Positions 24,383 through 39,266 of a stretch of 64,000 nt of DNA are shown here, piece by piece; the first letter of the stretch is position 1, and each line of letters opens with the position of its first letter. A program made the position numbers and the translations under genes. The stretch is from Octopus vulgaris. Its lineage: Eukaryota. The DNA lies in assembly GCA_951406725.2 (NCBI GenBank), contig OX597826.1, forward strand, positions 29,264,001 to 29,328,000, written 5' to 3'. The notes beneath the pieces were generated by a model, which worked only from the letters and a program-made list of their open reading frames with translations, had not been told where the DNA came from and searched no databases.

Positions 24383-25145
24383 AATATATACATATGATGG
24401 GCTTCTTTCAGTTTCCATCTACCAAATCCACTCACAAGGCTTTGGTCGGCCCAAGGTTATAATAGAAGACACTTGCCCAAGGTTCTACAGGTTGGGACAG
24501 AATCTGGAACCATGTGTTAAGGAAGCTAGCTTCTTACAACACATTTCTCAATTAGCGTGTTTCAGCGTTGAACAGAGCACTGCCACAGTTTATGCTACCT
24601 GTTGCCATCCACAGTCACGGTATATTTCTGTTGGATCTACTTCAGGAACTCTGCAGTGTCAGTTGGAGTAAATATCTCATGACTGCGGATGGCAACAGGT
24701 AGCCTAAATGCGCCTTCACCCCATATATGTGTGTGTGTGTATAGGTGCAGGAGTAGCTGTGTGGTAAGTAGCTTGCTTTCCAACCACATGGTTCCGGGTT
24801 CAGTCCCACTGCATGGCACCTTGGGCAAGTGTTATCTACTATAGCCTCAGGCCAACTAAAGCCTTGTGAGTGGATGTGGTAAATGGAAACTGAAAGCAGC
24901 CCATCATCATCATCGCTGTATATATATATATATACGTATTTGTGTGTCTGTGTTTGCCCCTCCCCCAAACATCGCTTGAGAACCGATGTTGGTGTGTTTA
25001 CGACCCCATAACTTAGTGGTTCACCAAAAGAGACTGGTAGAATAAGTACTAGGCTTACAAAGAATAGGTCTTGGGGTTGATTTGTTCCGGTAAAAGCGGT
25101 GCTCCAGCATGGCTGCAGTCAAATGACTCAGGCAAGTAAAAGAAC
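24145..25145. mobile_element. Inverted pair of full-length SINE family A copies (- ~24145-24545; + ~24743-25145)
   Basis: Both halves present in each copy, opposite orientation. Confidence 0.85.
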
Positions 25146-25639
25146 AAAAGAATAATATATTGAGAGAGTGAGAATTTTACCCACTCATGTCAACAATAAT
25201 CTGCTTTCAGTAGCGAGAAAATAGAAATTTTGTCAAAAAGATCCATGTGTGTTAATTAGCTCAAAAATTCAAATGTTGCTTGATATTGCTGAGAAAGATA
25301 TTCCCAATGCCTCACACTACACTATTGTTGATATTTTTGTCTGTTGTACAGCAAATATTTAAATAAAGACACTTAATTGTAGCTTTGTGTAGTATTGGGT
25401 TTAAACCCAGAAAGATTTCTATAGGCAAGGAAGATAATGGCAATGACCTAAAAGGAAAAAAGAACACACAAATACACATGTTTATACATAGGTGTGTATT
25501 TATATATGTATAGGTATGTTTGGTTACATACATATAATACATAGATAAATATATATATATGTGTGTATATATTTGAGGAGTTTCGATATAGGTGTAAAAA
25601 TATACCATAAACAAGTATAAAAAATGTAGAGTGTGTGTG

Positions 25640-26431
25640 TTAGCAGTAATACTTTTCGTTGAATCAGGTAATTACTTTTACTATTTCTCAGGCCAAGAAG
25701 CTAGAAAAATGAGTATATCGAATAGAAGAATAGCTTTACGGAATCCAGTTGACTGCAATGACACTGAAAAGGCTGCAGGTTAAGTGGAACATTGCTGCTC
25801 ATATAGAAAAAGCATTGCATATCATGCATTTGTTTGGTGTTCGACTTTTGACGGTCGGCTTTTAGGAGACATTTTTTTATTAGAAATATTTGTAAGTAAT
25901 AGTGAAATGAAATTACAGGTGCTGTGTCCTGTCAGAATTAGTGCTGAAATTCCAACGCTATATTACAGGAATGGAAGGCAAGGCAACAGTAAGTAATAGA
26001 CCAATGAAATTACAAATGCTGTGTCCTGTCACTCAGACTTAGGCTTACTCGTCCTGTATGTGTGTGTTATATAAGAGAATGGTTGAAGTAGATAAAAAGA
26101 TGGATTTCATATACAAACTTCTGTTTGTTCTTCAAGTTGTAATCCAGCAACTTTTAGTGCTTGGCCCTGACTTTTATTAATGCTCATGGCAAAAGAAAGT
26201 GGGATAGTAAACTATAAGGGCTTAAATTTAAATGGGACATTAGATGGTATAACTGGTATGCGAGGAAAGAAGACAGTGTCACGTTTGCCACAACCAGTGA
26301 GAATATTTGCCTCAATGCAATTCGACATAGGTCTGTGCACAATTGGTGATGCCTCCCGTGAACCATTTACTTTCATTTTATAGGACAAACAAGCACACAA
26401 ACAGACAGAATCTCTCTTTTATATATATAGA
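25640..26431 (-). mobile_element. Internally deleted Helitron carrying a PIF1-family helicase remnant
   Basis: 5' TCTATATATATAAAA at 26431; 3' gtattactgCTAA at 25640; ~26345-26128 translates MSNCIEANILTGCGKRDTVFFPRIPVIPSNVPFKFKPL*FTIPLSFAMSINKSQGQALKVAGLQLEE (RepHel motif FAMTINKSQGQ) with a stop. Confidence 0.9.
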
Positions 26432-27207
26432 TATATACATATCGTGGTCGCTTGACCAGCCAGGCTATCAGATGTTGTTACACATCGCTAGTCACATGCT
26501 TTTTAGACTTCAAATGATGTCACCCCATAGGCTAGGTATGCAGGTCAACATTCCTCCTTGGTTGAAAGAGGGACTGGAGCAATGTGAAATGATGTGTATT
26601 GCTCAAGAACACAAAACACTGCCCAGCCACTGAATTGAACCCACAATCTAGTGATTGCAACAGCCTAACCACTAGGCCATGCACTTATATATGTATGTAC
26701 ACAAACACACACACATATAAATATACCAGGTGCTGGTGGCATGTAAAAAGTACCATTCAAGTGTGATCGATGCCAGTGCTGCCTGACTGGCCCCTATGCC
26801 AGTGGCATGTAAAAAGCACCCACTACATTCTCAGAGTGGTTGGCATTAGGAAGGACATCCAGCTGTAGAAACATTAGAGTCTGATGCAGCCTCCTGGCTT
26901 GCCAGTCCTCAGTCAAACCGTCCAACCCATGCCAGCCATGGATAGCAGATGTTAAAAGATGACGATGATAATGTGTATTCCCAAATTTAAAATTATTCTG
27001 CTTGGAAATAACTGAGTGTTGGTGACAAGAAGGGCATCTTGGACATGGAATATCTGCTTCTACTAATTTCATCTGATCCATGCTAGCATCAAAAAGTGGA
27101 TGTTAAAATGCTGCTGATGACATACAGACATCTATACACATCCCCACTCTCTCTCTCTCTATATATATATACATAGACACCCATATACATATATGTATAT
27201 ATATATA

Positions 27208-27515
<308 letters not shown>

Positions 27516-27696
27516 TTATACATACACATATTTGTTTATATAATAATTTTCGACAGGAGAATGTGAAAACAAATATGGTTTGCCTGATACATTTATTAAA
27601 TTTTTGTTTTCCAAATTATCTTCATTGACAGATCAGGGCAGATATCAAGTGTTTCCACAACAAGCCATGCCTATGCTTTAATATTTGTTTATGTAA

Positions 27697-28080
27697 GGCA
27701 GCGAGCTGGCATAATTGTTAGCATGCCGGGTGAAATGCTTAGTGGTATTTTGTCTGTCTTTATGTTGTGAGTTCAAATTCCACCGAGGTCAACTTTGCCT
27801 TTCATCCTTTCGGGGTCAATTAAATAAGTACCAGTTACGCACTGGAGTTGATATAATCGACTTAATCCGTTTGTCTGTCCCCTCTGAGTGTAGCCCCTTG
27901 TGGGCAGTAAAGAAATAGGTATTTCATCTGTCTTTACGTTGAGTTCAAATTCTGCCGAGGTCAACTTTGCCTTTCATCCTTTCAGGGTCGATAAATTAAG
28001 CACCAGTTGCATACTGGGGTCAATCTAATCAACTGCCCTCCCTCTCCCCAAATTTTTGGCCTTGTACCTAGAGTATAAAA
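27697..28080 (+). mobile_element. SINE family B (MetaSINE-like), full copy plus partial tandem second copy
   Basis: ggcagcgagctggcataattgttagc head; the central domain occurs twice (~27770 and ~27941). Confidence 0.85.
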
Positions 28081-28745
28081 AATATTCATGTATGTGTGTG
28101 TATGCATGTTCATTGGTGAAGCAGAAGCTCACCCTTTCTTTATTATCCTACATTCATACTTTTTATGTCCAGTTTTTAAAACATGTAAATAACCATCACC
28201 TACATACATGTGTCTTCATCATCATTTAACATCTTCTTTTTCATGACTGCATGGGTCGGAGGGAATTATTTGAGGCAGATGCCCCACCTGTTTCCAAGCA
28301 AGGTATTGCTTCCCCATGATCAGGTTATACCATAACTAATGTTCTCAAAGAAGTTTGGTAACAAATAGCACTGCCTGCATGATAGAGACACTCATTTATG
28401 ACTAGCATGTGAAGTGAAGCAAAGAAACAGTCACACACACATATGAGGCACTTCTTTCAGTTTGTATCTAAATCCATTCACAAGGCTTTGGTAGGCCTGG
28501 GACTGTTGTAGAAGACACTTGCCCAAGGTGTCATGCAGTGGGACTGAACCTAGAATTAAATGGTTGGGAAATAAACTTATTACCACATAGCCATGCTATT
28601 CCTGTGTACATATCTATCTGTCTATTTATTTATGTGCACACATATATGTGTCTATGTATATATATAGTCAATAATATTGTCTAAAAGTTTGGTGTGTGGT
28701 AAAGTAAAATTTTTTTACTGAACCCTAATTATATAACGTAATGTT

Positions 28746-28787
<42 letters not shown>

Positions 28788-28811
28788 CATACATATATAT
28801 ATACATACATA

Positions 28812-29175
28812 CTCTCTTTTACTTGTTTCAGTCATTTGACTGTGGCCATGCTGGAGCACCGCCTTTAGTCGAGCAAATTGACCCCAGGACTTATTCTTTA
28901 TAAGCCTAGTACTTATTCTATCAGTCTCTTTTGCTAAACCACTAAGTTACAGGGACGTAAACACACCAGCATCGGTTGTCAAGCGATGTTGGGGAGACAA
29001 ACACAGACACGCAAACATATACATGTATACCACGGGCTTCTTTCAGTTTCCGTCTACCAAATCCACACACAAGGCTTTGGTCGACCCGAGGCTATAGTAG
29101 AAGACACTTGCCCAAGGTGCCACGCAATGGGACTGAACCTGGAACCATGTGGTTGGTAAGCAAGCTACTTACTCG
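28812..29175 (-). mobile_element. SINE family A, well conserved
   Basis: Near-consensus copy; a further fragment at ~28445-28600. Confidence 0.85.
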
Positions 29176-31591
29176 TATGCCTGTATATGTAAAAACCATG
29201 CCAAAACTGACCTTGCCTGTGCTGGTGCCATGTAAAAAGTACTCAGTCCAATCATGCAGGGTGGTTGGTGTAAGGAAGGGTATCCAGCTTTATAAACCAG
29301 GCCAAAACAGCCTGGTGTAGTCTTCTGCCTGGCCAGCTCCTGTCAAACCGTCCAACCCATGCCAGCATGAAAGCTGGACGTTAAATGATGATGAAAACGA
29401 TATACATATATATTTATATACAATGAGCTTCTTTTAGTTTCTGTCTACCAAATCGACTCACAAGGCTTTGACCGGTCTGGAACTGTAGAAAATGACACTT
29501 GCTAAGATACCACACAGCCATGCTTGTAGGAGCACTCCATCGGTTACGATGACGAGGGTCTCATCTGATCCGATCAACGGAACAACCTGCTCATGAAATT
29601 AACGTGCATATGACTGAGCAATCCACAGACACATGTACCCCTAACATAGTTCTCAGGGAGATTCAGTGTGACGTAGAGTGTGACAAGGCCGGCCCTTTGA
29701 AATACAGGTACAACTCATTTTTGCCAGGTGAGTGGACTGGAGCAACATAAAATAAAGTGTCTTGCTCAAGGACACAACGCGTCGCCGGGAATCAAACCTT
29801 ACAATCATGAGCTGAATGCCCTAACCACTAAACCACGCGCCTTCATGCCATGCTTGTATCTTTGGTACAACAAAATAAACACCAGGTGAAAATTGAGGTT
29901 GACCTAACTGGCTCAACCCCTCCCTCTTTCCAGTGACAGGGTGTGACTCTGTGGTTACAGTATTCTGCTCCCAATCATAAGGTCATGTGTTCAATTCCTG
30001 GCTGAGTATTATGTCCTTGAGCAAGATGCTTTACTTCACACTGCTCCAGTCCATTCAGCTAACAAAAGCAAGTAGTACCTGAAATTCATAGGGTCAGTTT
30101 TGTCACACTGAACCTCCCTGAGGACTGCTCAGCCACTTGCACATTAATTTCACAAGCAGGATATTCTGTTGATCAGATCAACTGGAACACTCGTTATCGT
30201 AACTGACGGAGCGCCTGAATAGAAAATATAATACCAGTCATATACTGTGGTTGACTTAATTTACTCTCAAATTTGTGAGATTCTGTTCATGTTAGAAATC
30301 AATATTATGAACAACATTAAAGTCCAATATTACAGGCGACATTAAAATTCTTTCTGAAAGTCCAGTGAAGAACATGAAACAACTCATGACACAGTATCAG
30401 ATAGCGTGCAGTAAGGCCATACTTCCCTCCAGCCATTGAAATTCATTTCATCTTCCAGATCAATAATACATTTGAAGTCTTTATAACATCTTTAATCCAA
30501 AGAAAGATCACAAGAAGAGAAAATCACTATCAAATTTAAACAGCAAAATCATGAGGGAATTGAGATGCAGGTAAGGTCAAATGGCATCAAAATATTTCTC
30601 CAGCTCAACCAGCTACCAAAAACTTAGGTGGTTACTATAGTTGTTGATGTTTCACCCCCAATGGTCCAAATTTACTAGACATTCCAGCCATGGCCATCAC
30701 AAAACGGTGTGTAATGCATTGCTAGATGCAGTGTTTTTCAATTTTGGTTAAGACAGCATGTGAGTTGAGGAAGGCTTGGCTACTATTTCTACCAGGTTTA
30801 GTAACACTAGTGACTAATTACTTGAATGGCCAATGTTATCTGAGAAATAACTAAAGAAAAATATAGATATTTTCTTTTTAATTTCTAAAATTTTGCATAT
30901 TTGCAATGATGTGGTTATGTCGTTCTATTTCATGGTCATTTGCATAAATCATCATTCTATGCTGGCATGGGTTGGATGGCTTGAGAGAAACTGGCAAGTC
31001 AGAGGACTGCACCAAGCTCCACTGTATGTTTTGGCATGGTTTTTACAGCTGGATACCCATTCTAATGCCAACCACTTTACAGAGAGGATTCGGTGCTTTT
31101 TATGTGTTGCCAGCACCGGCTCACCAAAAATTACAATTGATATTTTCTGCTTCCGCAATATTTTTTCCATATCTCCGATAGGAATGGTTTTCATATCCAT
31201 CACCAAAAGTATCTGATTGTTGCTCTATAAAGAGACATTTGAGGGAATGTGTGAAAAAAAAAAAGAAAAAATCTAAAAAATTGTCTCATGTAAAAAGTGT
31301 CATGGAAGGTGACTCTGCTTCTCACAGCACAAAAAGGTCTTTCTCCTTTTTCCAAAACTGCTTTCTGCACTTAATGGTAATAAAACTTTGAGCAGATATA
31401 TCTGCTTTCCACATTCAAAGGGTTACAGACACTTGAACATGCGATACACAGGACCTGTGACATACACTGAGCTATAAGTTATATAAAAGGTAAAAAAATG
31501 GAAATCCATCAGAAATATGTTCACAGACTATCATAGAACAGTAGAATTCCTTTCAGAAATTGGTTGTAGGAGTTAGTATTATAAAATATAC

Positions 31592-32481
31592 TTAACCTTT
31601 TAGTATTCAGATTCCTGTCAAATGTATTGCTTATTTATTCACATTTTTTCTTAATTAAGCATTATCACATAGCTTCAAGATTTCAATGATGTTATTGTTT
31701 ATTTTTAGATTGACATTGTAGGGTAGGTGCAAGAAGCAAGATCTGATCAATTTGAGCATGAAAAAGGGAGAATAATTTAGGTTGGACATGGCCAGATCAA
31801 ATGCCAAAGGTTTAAATATTGACGATAGTTGTAAAGTAAACATCTGGTACATGCAGACATTGACCCTTTTTTGACACCAAACCTTCCATGAAAATATCAT
31901 GCAAATGTATGTTCTAAACTGCAGTTTAATGAGGGAGGAGTTATTTTAATAAATTCACCATATTCTTCATTGTTTTCAAAATTAATTGAAACAAAAGCAG
32001 CATATGCTAATGAAAGGGGTTAAATTTCAGGCTTACAGTTACTATTAATGAATTGTGTCATAGCTTTTAGATTTGGATGATGTTCTTATCTATTTTTAGA
32101 ATGGTAGGGTAGGTGTGAGATGTTAGATCAGGCCAGTTTGAACATAAAGCAGGAAGCAAATTTCAGTCGGATATGGCTGCTTTAAATGCTAACGGGTTAA
32201 GTAGAATGGAAAACTGGCAGAAAAATCAGACCAAATGTATTGCCCTTCCATCATTAAGGAAATGAATGGAAACGGTAGTAGTAAAATATTGCAGTTGCTT
32301 TAACCCATTACCATTCAGATTATTTGATGATGTGATTTGATGATGAGATTTTGATGATGTGATTGTTTATTTTCAGAATAACATTTTAGGGTAGGTGTGA
32401 GAAGCTGCATTTGGCCACTTTGAAAATAAAACAGGTAGAATATCTTGGGTTGGAAATGGTGTTTAAATGCTAAACGGTTAA
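31592..32481. mobile_element. Cluster of four TTAA-type MITE copies or fragments (families 1 and 2)
   Basis: 31592-31815, ~31860-32022, ~32050-32200, 32300-32481. Confidence 0.75.
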
Positions 32482-32566
32482 TATTTTATAACTAAACAAG
32501 CAAGCATGTGCATTTTCTGCAATGATTTGATAAGCGGTGCCAAGTTTTACAATTCTGTAAATAATG

Positions 32567-32597
<31 letters not shown>

Positions 32598-33630
32598 GAC
32601 TTAAGATAGTCTAATGTTGGGGCATATTAACTACTTACATTTGATGAAATGTGGCTGTATAACAATGAAAATATTATTTAAATAGAAAAGGGTTTAGATC
32701 ATATAGCTGACTGCAGTACCAAAAATTTTTTCAAAGTTGAGTCTGTTTTTCAGGTGTTGTACTAAAACAAAGAGCAACAAGACTGCCTATCCCAGTTTTG
32801 TTTTTCTCTCATGCAAAACTTAAAAGGCTAATGATGTCCCATGAACCAAGATGTTACAAAAGGAAGACCCTCCCACCCACACATAGGTGTACATTACACC
32901 CTTGGAAAAGGATGCGTGGCATTCGATCATATAATATAAATATATGCATATATATATGGGTTGTTTTCGTTTCTCATTGTGTTCAACATCTTTTTGATGT
33001 CCTGTATCCATATATATATGTATATATTTATATTATTGTACATTACACAGTTCCTAAAACTGTTTCCAGTTTAATAGGAATTATTCTTAGTGCAGAGTTG
33101 GGGGTACACAACTATTGTATTTGATTTCTTAATATTAGGAAACTAAATTTATATGGGGTTACAGGAAAACTGAAGAGCTAGCTAGTCACTTAGAATGTGA
33201 TTCTTCAAGAAAATTATAGTATTTGAGTTAGAACTGTAGTCAATAGAACTGAAATACCATACTACTAGCATTTTTCTATCCCAGAAAATCAAAAAGCAGG
33301 CACTGTTTTGTGTTTAAGAAACTCGCTTTGCATCCAGTCCCTCTGTGTGACACCATAAGTGTCTTCTACTGTAGCCCTCACATGGATCAATGTTTTGTTT
33401 ATGAATTTGGTCAACAGAAATGTGGTGGAAATCCATCATTTTTGAGTGTGCGTGTGTACATGCACTATATTCTTTTACTTGTTTCAGTCATTTGACTGCA
33501 GCCAGGCTGGAGCACTGCCTTTAAACAAATCAACCACAGGACTTATTCTTTGTAAGCCTCTCAGTCTCTTTTGCATAACTGCTAAGTTACAAGGATGTAA
33601 ACACACCAGCATGGGTTGTCAAGCAAATAC

Positions 33631-33663
<33 letters not shown>

Positions 33664-36459
33664 ACGGGCTTCTTTCAGTTTCCATCTATCAAATCCACAC
33701 AGAAGGCGTGAGGCTATAGAAGACAATGGGACTGAAGCTGGAGCCATGTAGATGGGAAGCAAGCTCCTTATCACACAGCCACTCCTGCACTTATATATAG
33801 ATATATATCTCAATCATTCAAGGCAGTGCCACAGTATGAGCACAATCCAATGACTGAAACAAGATAGGTTATCACTGGGATTTGAAATCAGAAGTCAAAA
33901 TCTAAACCTGTTACTAGTTGTCAATGAAAAAAAAAATTTTTTTTTCTTTAATAGCTCTCTTACTAATCATGGAGGTCAGTGAAACTATCCAAAAGACAAT
34001 ACAGCAATTATTTCACTGATATTAAAAGTGTTTCAAGACATTTGTTTTAATAGCCTTGGCCTCTATCATCATTCTTTTAACATCTATTTCCCCATGTTTG
34101 CATGGGTAAGATGGAATTCTTTGAAGTAAATTATCAAGTCATCACTTCTTTCCAAACTAGGTAATATTTCCTTATGGTTGGGCATGCTGTCACAGAAAAT
34201 TGGAAACAAATTACACCACTTGTATAATACTCACTTAACCTTTTTAGCATTCCGATTATTCTGTTAAAAGTAATGCTTATGTATTCACACCATTTTGAAT
34301 CAACCATGCATTGACTTGTAGCAGTGAGAGTTAGATGATGTGGTTGTTTATTTTTAGAATGACATTGTAGGGTAAGCATGAGAGGTCACATGCGACTAGC
34401 TTGAATTTAAAAACAAGCAGAATATTTTAGCCTGATATAGCTGGTTTAAAGGCTAAGGGGTTTGAACAACAAGCACATGGCATCAAGATAAAGAGTCACA
34501 TGTGCACACACACCCAAATGGGCTTTTAGTTTCCATCACCAAATCCACTTACAGGGCTTTTGTAGGTCTTATAAGGCACCTAATGTGCCATGCAGAAGGA
34601 GCAAAAATTACAGCTTAACAATTTTGCATAGAAGTTAATTACTTTGCTGAACTGCTTGGAATAACAGCATACAAAATATATATATATTACGATGCCTAGC
34701 CTTTACATACATGTACACATACACACTATATAATCACATGTGAGCATCTTTGGTGATATACAAGAAAGACCATCTACAATGTGCTACTCCTAAAATAAAT
34801 TTCATCAGTTCTGTGAATAGAAATGTTTCTTATCCAACTAAAAATAAACAGCAAGCAAGCTATGAAAATATATGCAAGAACAGACATTTAAATAGGTTTG
34901 AGAGCAGAAATTGCTTTCCAATGTACAAATCGAAAAGGATCAGTTTTCCATCGAATATGTATTTAGAACAAAGGTTATCCTATACACAGAGCACAAAACG
35001 AACAGCCTCGTCAGGCAGCAAATCAACATATTATGCTGGCATGCAGGAATAACCCCTTGCACAGATAAAGATGAAAGCTTGCTTCATACAGTCATGAGCC
35101 CTGCTACAACTCCCGGCTCAAAACCATTCCTGAAGGCACAGATGAGGGAGGGTGAAGGAGAAGCAAAGAAAACACAAAAAAAAACAAAAAAACAGTACAT
35201 CCTGTAAAATGGTTGGCATTAAGATGAGGACCAGTAGTAGAAACCATGGCAAAACAGACAATTGCAACCTGGTGCAGCTCTCCAGCTTCCATCAAATCCA
35301 CGCCAGCATGGAAAACAGAAGTTAAATGACTGAATAACAATTCAGAAGATAAGAGGATGGTATAATGAGTTTCAGAGAAGAAAAGCTATTACGACTAACA
35401 GAAACAAAGCATTTGGAAAGAGAAGCAGGTGACATCCTAAAGGTTTTGATAGAAGGAATAAAAATGCAAGAGATACCAACTTAAAATGCTGGATTAATCC
35501 ATATAATGCCCATAAAAAAAAATCTAAGCTTTTGCAATCTGGAAGAGGACAGTCTGCAACTGTTAGCTATGGGTGTTGACTGCCTACTGAATATTTCGTA
35601 TGCTCAGTCAAAATGCTTGCCGGTGAGTAGGACAAGTAGGAGCAGGTTTTGCATTGCAAAAACACAGCCAGAGGTGTATATATGGGTTAACAAGATTTGT
35701 ACAGAGAAAGAATTTAATACAATGTTTGTTATTGAAGATATGTTTGATAAAAACTCCCATGTTGATGAAAAATATCACATTAATATATAGAAAAAAATTA
35801 TAATTTTAAGAGAAATAAAGAGCAGAGAATATGCATGAATTTGAAAAGAGATTTTTAAACTTAGCCAATTAACTACTTCCTAGAGTGAGATATTCACACA
35901 AACTCACAAACACCTGACACTCATGACTTTACAATTTTATATTCAACTGTGTGAAAAGATATTTGGGTTAAAAAAAAAAAATTTATGAAGTGTCCATTTC
36001 AGCTGGGAATAAATATAATCAAGTAGCTTTCAATAATAGTAGAATGAAGTAACTGAAAGTATAGTCCTCTAGAGTATGGGTAGACTAGTGGGAGCTCCCT
36101 AGAAATAGCCAACAGCTTTTATTTACTCAGCAGAAAAAGGAGACATTCTGAAATGACAGAGTTAAGAAAAAAAAAAGGGGGGGGGTAACCCTTTGGTGTT
36201 CAGATTATTCTGTTAAATGTAATGCGTTTTCACTCAAATTGTTTTGAATTAATCATACATTATCTCATAGCTTTGAAATCTCAATGATGTGAATATTTAT
36301 TTTTAGAATGTCAATGTAGGTTAAGTGTGAGAGGCTAGATATGGCTAGTTCAAATATAAAACATGTAGAATATTTGGGCCGGTTTAAACACTAAAGGTTT
36401 AAAAAAAAAAAAAAAAATTCAATGAGCTATTACTTCTGCTAGCAAGAGGGGGAGACTCT

Positions 36460-36810
36460 CACCAAGTGAAGGGTAGATTTTTATGATGCTTGTTTATGAA
36501 GTGTGATACTGCATCGTAGCAAAAAGAGACATTGTTGGATGCAGAAATGTGAAAAGCTAGAAAGAATGGAGCTGAATGTGTGCCTGCTACAAGAAGTGTA
36601 ATGTGTGAATTCATGAAAGAGCTTGAGAGTGAAACTGGGAGTAAGCTAAATTTGCTGTCTTGTGATGCTTTCGGAGGATGAAGTTTGGTTAAAGTGTCTA
36701 AGTGACGCAAATCGGAGGAACCAGCAGAAGAGGAAAACCTAGTAAGAAATGGTAAAAAGCTGATCTCAGGGTTTGGAACACCATGAAGAAAATGAGTGAC
36801 CACAACATGA
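36460..36810 (+). mobile_element. Old, highly degenerate RTE LINE ORF2 C-terminal fragment
   Basis: Frame-broken remnants VKGRF-YDAC, KLERME, GTSRRGKPSKKW, VKADLR. Confidence 0.55.
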
Positions 36811-37715
36811 TATATATATAATTAGACATGTTAAACAAATACAAGCAGATGTTAAGTGGATTTCAGTCAAGGTTAGTCTGCTGCACCCAATCATTTCTCA
36901 TGCTCATGTCTATTTTCCTTGCTAATATGAGCTTGGAGATTTATCTTAAACATGATTTCTATGGCTGGATGCTTTTCCTGTTGCCAAATCTTAACTATTT
37001 TTTTTCTAATTAAGGGATGTCTATTCCATGTCTTCAAAAGTACAGAGCAATTGGACCTAATGCCAACATCAACACTACTCCACATGGAATACACAAACAT
37101 TGATATAAATTTGCACGCGTGCGCACACACAATGGGCTTTTTGCAGTTTCTGTCAACTAAATTCCCTCACATGGTATTAGCTAACCTGGGGATAGATTAT
37201 AAGATGCTTACGCAAGATGCCATAATATAGAACTGAACCCAGAATCAAGTGGCTGTAAAAGTCAACTGCATGGCCAACCACTATCTTTAAACTATTGATT
37301 GTGAAAGGATTCAAGCTGAAAAGTGTGTGCGTGTGTAGTTCATGTCATAATTTAGACACTTAAGTGGATGTAAAATAACTTTTTATCTGTAGGACTCAAA
37401 GCCCAACGCTATAAATAATGTAAATATTGGGTTGAAGAGCTCTTTGGATAGAGAGGTCCCATTGGTAGCATTTGGTTTTCAATCCATAAGAGTTAACTCA
37501 ATGTTTACTGCTGTTATTTATGGCTTTATCGATTTTGAGTTCTACAGATAAAAACCAAAAAAAAAATTGGATAAATAAGTGTAATAAAATTATTTCCTCT
37601 CCAAGAGGGAGAATCATTTTTAAGTACAACACTTCACCATGAAAAGACTTGTTTAATTAAAATTATAATCAACAACATATTGGTATGAAGAACATGACCA
37701 CAAGCAGGAAAAATG

Positions 37716-37721
37716 TTTATT
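37716..37721 (-). terminator. Candidate ATP6V0C polyadenylation signal
   Basis: AATAAA on minus near the end of a ~1.5-kb SINE-free stretch after the stop; alternatives at ~39021, 38163, 37889. Confidence 0.35.
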
Positions 37722-39266
37722 TGTTACATGGAAAAAAACCCAAAAAATAGACAATAACATTGAATCACAAGAATACATATGAGAAAGAGGAAGAACGTGT
37801 ATTCTCATACAAGAACTTCACCAATCTATGGTAATCAACATCACCAATCTCAAAGATTGGCTTGGAAAAAAAAAAAAATTTTGTTTCCTTTATTAAACCA
37901 ACAGGCTAAGTTGGGGGCTAAGAACAACCTACCTATATGGAATGTCCAGAGCGAAAATTTTTAAAGTGATTCAACAAATTTTTTTTCTCTTGTCTTCATA
38001 ATTTCATTCAACAGGTAAAATGTTTCCAGGTAATTTTGGAAAGCATCTTACAAAAATAGAAGGATTAAAAAAAAAAAACCAACAAACATAAAAACAAAAC
38101 AACACTTCATATGTATATGTCAACATACTTTAAAACTATACTGGGACCTGCAAGTGTTACATTTTATTCAACATACACCTGGTACCGTTTTCTGGAAATA
38201 AGTCTGGTATACATATGGCTCTATGTGGGCTAAATGACCGTTTCTGCATCTGTAGGAAACGTGAGCGAGCAGAAGGAGGAGAAAGAAGAGGAGCTGGAGG
38301 AAGAATGGCACAACAATACTGGTAACAGCCCTTTGCAAGCTATAAGGGGAATGGGGTGGGATGGCTGCAAGCCTTAGAGACTTCAAGAAAGAATAAAATG
38401 GGGATTAGGGAAAAAAAAAAGGAGAGAGAAAGTGATGTTGGTGGCAAAAACAACAACAACAAGACCACCAAAGGAAAATTATGGAATAATTAATGGAATA
38501 GGTCATTGATGAATGACAACTAGGAATCAAGCCTCAACACCACTACCTCCTCCTCCTCCACTACCACCACCACCATCCACATCAACCTCCTTACAGCCCA
38601 ACACAATTACAGAATGCAATATACAATTATTTTGTCCACAACTATTAGACTTTCTACAGCATTAAATGGTCAACCTCTAATATTTCAGGAAGAAAAAAAA
38701 AGGGGGAGGAGAGGTGGAGGAAAAAAAAAAGACCAGTAAATTTTTTAAATATACAAGGAAAGACCCATACACGCCCACATGCATGCACACAGACATTCAT
38801 GTATGTATATGTATGTAAATAATACACTTTTTTTTTTGTTTCTTTTTGCACACAAGTCACTTTAAAAAATTCCTGATCTATCACATCTGACACAATGAGC
38901 CTTAAGATTTGTTTAATGAGTACGGTGGAAGGAGTAGTAAGTGTCTTTACAACAACATTCAAACTGTACACCTGTATTTGCCTACACAGCCAGCATATAA
39001 CAACTCTTCATTCAAAATAGTTTATTTCTGCCTGCTTTATCCTCATTATCGATCATCCAGTTTCCACCTGGCGATGACACCAAGGTAGAAATAATGAAAT
39101 TAGACATTCAATTAGAACTTTTTTTTTGGTATTTTTTTCTTTTTTTTAAATTAGAGTTTTCTATTTCCTTTCCTTCAGATTATTACTGTTTCCACCGTAC
39201 CCTCTAAATTATTTTAAAATTTTCTTTATTTTTTTGTCTTCTTTTAACAGCAACCATTAGCAAGCC

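Noticed and set aside
24743-24815. tRNA-like heads with A/B boxes
   Set aside because: They continue into SINE bodies and lack a complete cloverleaf, so they are not tRNA genes
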